A stretch of 16,552 nucleotides of DNA from the IMG/VR virus record IMGVR_UViG_2585427768_000007; one strand, 5' to 3'. The DNA comes from a virus (taxonomy: Duplodnaviria; Heunggongvirae; Uroviricota; Caudoviricetes). The notes below the pieces were generated by a model. That model was given only the letters and a program-made list of their open reading frames with translations. It was not told the DNA's origin and searched no databases. The translations under genes were made by a program, and so were the position numbers. Shown here piece after piece: positions 16,050-16,552 of the stretch (positions are counted from its first letter, which is position 1; every line of letters starts with the position of its first letter).

Positions 16050-16552
16050 CAGTGGCTGCTCCCTTTTATTTCGCGGATAAGTGTCTGTAATAACGCCGGC
16101 GTCAGTTTACCTTTAAGCCTGAGAGTTCCGGCCGGCAGAACCAGCTCACAACACAGACTGTCGGACGGTGTATTTATCTGCTCTGGTTCCTGTGCGGGGG
16201 CCGGGATTTTATTATCCGGCTCCGGCGTTAACGTCACGGGAAGCAGTGCCGGCATATTTTTTCCGGAAGGCAGCAGGCCACCTTTCCGGTATTGATGGCG
16301 CCAGTTGAAGAGCAGGTTATCGTTGATTCCGTTTTCCCGGGCGATCTGCGCCACACAGGCTCCGGGCTGCAGTGACTGCTCCACTAAGGCGATTTTAAAC
16401 TCATAAGGGAAGTTGGGCCGCCGGGGACGTTTTTTTACCACGGGGGCTTCGGATATAACGGTGCTTTCAGGACGTACGACTGGTACCGTGGAAAATTGTC
16501 CGTAAAGGCAGGCATCAAGTTCCTGCTCCGACATGCCTGCGGGCAAGGCCAC
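16049..16552 (-). CDS. IS66 accessory protein TnpA (Orf1), N-terminus at or beyond window edge
   Basis: HTH-containing IS66 Orf1-like sequence (...ACVAQIARENGINDNLLFNWRHQYRKG...). The likely ATG at 16534 (MSEQELD...) is inside the window, but the ORF is open to the window edge. Confidence 0.8.
   Translation of the reverse strand: MALPAGMSEQELDACLYGQFSTVPVVRPESTVISEAPVVKKRPRRPNFPYEFKIALVEQSLQPGACVAQIARENGINDNLLFNWRHQYRKGGLLPSGKNMPALLPVTLTPEPDNKIPAPAQEPEQINTPSDSLCCELVLPAGTLRLKGKLTPALLQTLIREIKGSSH

Larger units (their letters stand above)
15215..16552 (-). mobile_element. IS66-family element, 3'-truncated remnant running off the window
   Basis: Three-gene IS66 arrangement on the minus strand (tnpA, tnpB, tnpC). 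tnpC homology stops about 155 codons in (after ...SEQLELISSAF, roughly 15215); no terminal inverted repeat was identified at the break. Confidence 0.8.

Overview
This window reads as the left arm and early region of a lambdoid (Qin/Rac-like) enterobacterial prophage, followed by an IS-flanked cargo block. Minus strand, 1-6953: integrase, excisionase, a DEDDh 3'-5' exonuclease, a long early-gene tract that only stays open through three successive -1 frame changes, a DicB homolog, the DicF sRNA, an AT-rich unknown ORF, a ydfC/ydfB/ydfA-like small-gene trio, a ParE/RelE-family toxin-antitoxin pair, and an XRE-type repressor. Plus strand, 7061-10502: Cro/YdaS-like and YdaT-like regulators, a lambda-O-like initiator carrying two iteron clusters (candidate origin), a lambda-P-like helicase loader, and two related winged-helix-like unknowns. 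An intact IS5 (10503-11696, CTAG target duplication) sits exactly on the stop codon of the last phage gene. Beyond it lie a QueH-like (DUF208) gene, a Type II restriction-modification pair (C5-cytosine methyltransferase plus a nuclease whose catalytic-residue spacing matches the NgoMIV/Cfr10I family as I recall it), a terminator, and a truncated IS66-family element running off the window. The most novel candidate is the QueH-like gene coupled to the R-M pair inside the IS-bounded block. All calls rest on reading the sequence and remembered family signatures; no database search was run.
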